Below the pieces are notes generated by a model, which searched no databases, was not told where the DNA came from, and saw only the letters and a program-made list of their open reading frames with translations. Both the position numbers and the translations under genes were made by a program. DNA of 63,944 bases, filler included, from Octopus bimaculoides (lineage: Eukaryota): NCBI RefSeq assembly GCF_001194135.2. It is 7 parts of 6 records of this genome, joined end to end, with 100 filler letters (N's around TTAATTAATTAA, not from the genome) between each part and the next. Parts side by side here need not be neighbours in the genome. Positions count along the whole stretch, not along the records: positions 62,932 to 63,944 come from NC_068981.1; 6 more parts are not named here. One strand, given 5' to 3'. This document shows, piece by piece, positions 62,832-63,944 of the stretch; positions within the stretch are counted from its first letter, which is position 1, and every line of letters starts with the position of its first letter.

Positions 62832-62931
62832 NNNNNNNNNNNNNNNNNNNNNNNNNNNNNNNNNNNNNNNNNNNNTTAATTAATTAANNNNNNNNNNNNN
62901 NNNNNNNNNNNNNNNNNNNNNNNNNNNNNNN
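62832..62931. other. artificial scaffold-join spacer
   Basis: 44 N + TTAATTAATTAA + 44 N. Confidence 0.97.
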
Positions 62932-63100
62932 CTTTTTTCTCTTTCCTTCCCCCTCCCAAAAAGAAAAGCTCTACATTGTAGTTGTTCCATCATTGTTGAG
63001 CCCTGTGTGGCTAATAAAAGAAATGTATCTTTCTATCTATCTATCTATCTATATATCTACATATCTACCTATCTACCTACCTACCTATCTACCTACCTAC

Positions 63101-63142
<42 letters not shown>

Positions 63143-63193
63143 CGTGATCCTCCTATCTGCCAGAGTGTGTAGTGGTTCGCCCCTTTGCTAAAT

Positions 63194-63247
<54 letters not shown>

Positions 63248-63404
63248 TGCATATAAAGGGTGCAAATTCGCCTCGATAAAAGCCAGCGGATAATTTCCCT
63301 GGGGTTAAACAAGTAACAACATGTAACAGGCATGTTGATGTGGCGGGTGACTCCACTTTATATATATAGATACTGAGCTGTGGATAGAAAATTATATCAT
63401 CGAA

Positions 63405-63880
63405 AGAACTGTTAAAACCTGTCTACTCTACTCACAATATATATACCCGATAATCTATATATTTGGAAGATCCTGGAAGATTTTGGTCCCAATGTTGAAA
63501 TTGACAGACATACCAGTCCTAGAACTGGACGGCACTGCATCATACCAAAAATCGCGTCTTCCCTATCTAAAATAACTATACAGGACTACTATATATCTGC
63601 GGATCAAGAACCTGCAATTGTTGAACGTCCTGCGAGGCATCCGTAGAGACCTACATGGTGCTCAGGTGGAAGGTTTCAAAGAACGTCTAGACAGGTTTCT
63701 ATCTGAGACACCAGGTGGACTCACATCGTGACAGGAGATACAAAGAAGAGCAGCTGCATCCAACTTGCTACATCACCAAAAACAATACCGGAAAAACACC
63801 GGGTAACTACAGGCGGTGCACCAGCATGACCTCAGCCCTGGGTTGAAACCGGTAAAAGATAAAAATAAAAATAAAAGATA
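63405..63880 (+). mobile_element. CR1/L2-group LINE 3' end (ORF2 C-terminus plus tail)
   Basis: IIYIWKILED...SPRTGRHCIIPK, then frameshifted LRIKNLQLLNVLRGIRRDLHG...FKERLDRFLSETP...RAAASNLLHHQ, then a tail similar to SINE family A. Confidence 0.78.
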
Positions 63881-63944
63881 TATATGCACACACACACACA
63901 CGCACACGCACACACATATACATACATATATATATATATATATA

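Overview
AT-rich, microsatellite- and SINE-saturated eukaryotic DNA. The repeat content resembles an octopus (coleoid cephalopod) draft genome; this is inferred from the SINE families, not verified by search. Roughly 9 kb is N. Six identical 100-bp spacers (44 N + TTAATTAATTAA + 44 N) split the window into seven independently assembled pieces, so synteny across them is not trustworthy. Almost all ORFs in the supplied track are microsatellite or N read-through. Two intron-containing genes are supported by GT-AG boundaries and phase-consistent open frames. The first is five plus-strand exons (49463-56175, 248 aa) of a divergent alpha-2-macroglobulin/thioester-protein (TEP/CD109-like) fragment spanning about MG3-MG5. 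The second is the last two minus-strand exons (62675-61629) of a short-chain collagen C4-like protein. The rest is several SINE families (labelled A-E here) plus remnants of Tc1 (DD34E), Tigger-like MITE, Helentron-type HINE, R4/Dong, RTE, CR1/L2-group and Penelope-like elements. The best second-look items are five minimal hammerhead-ribozyme-like motifs (one with an intact core at 60771-60813), a perfect 166-bp inverted repeat with nested hairpins, a LINE 3' end sharing a compensated stem-loop with the dominant SINE, and SINEs sitting just downstream of TEP splice donors. No CRISPR array, rRNA or bona fide tRNA gene was seen.
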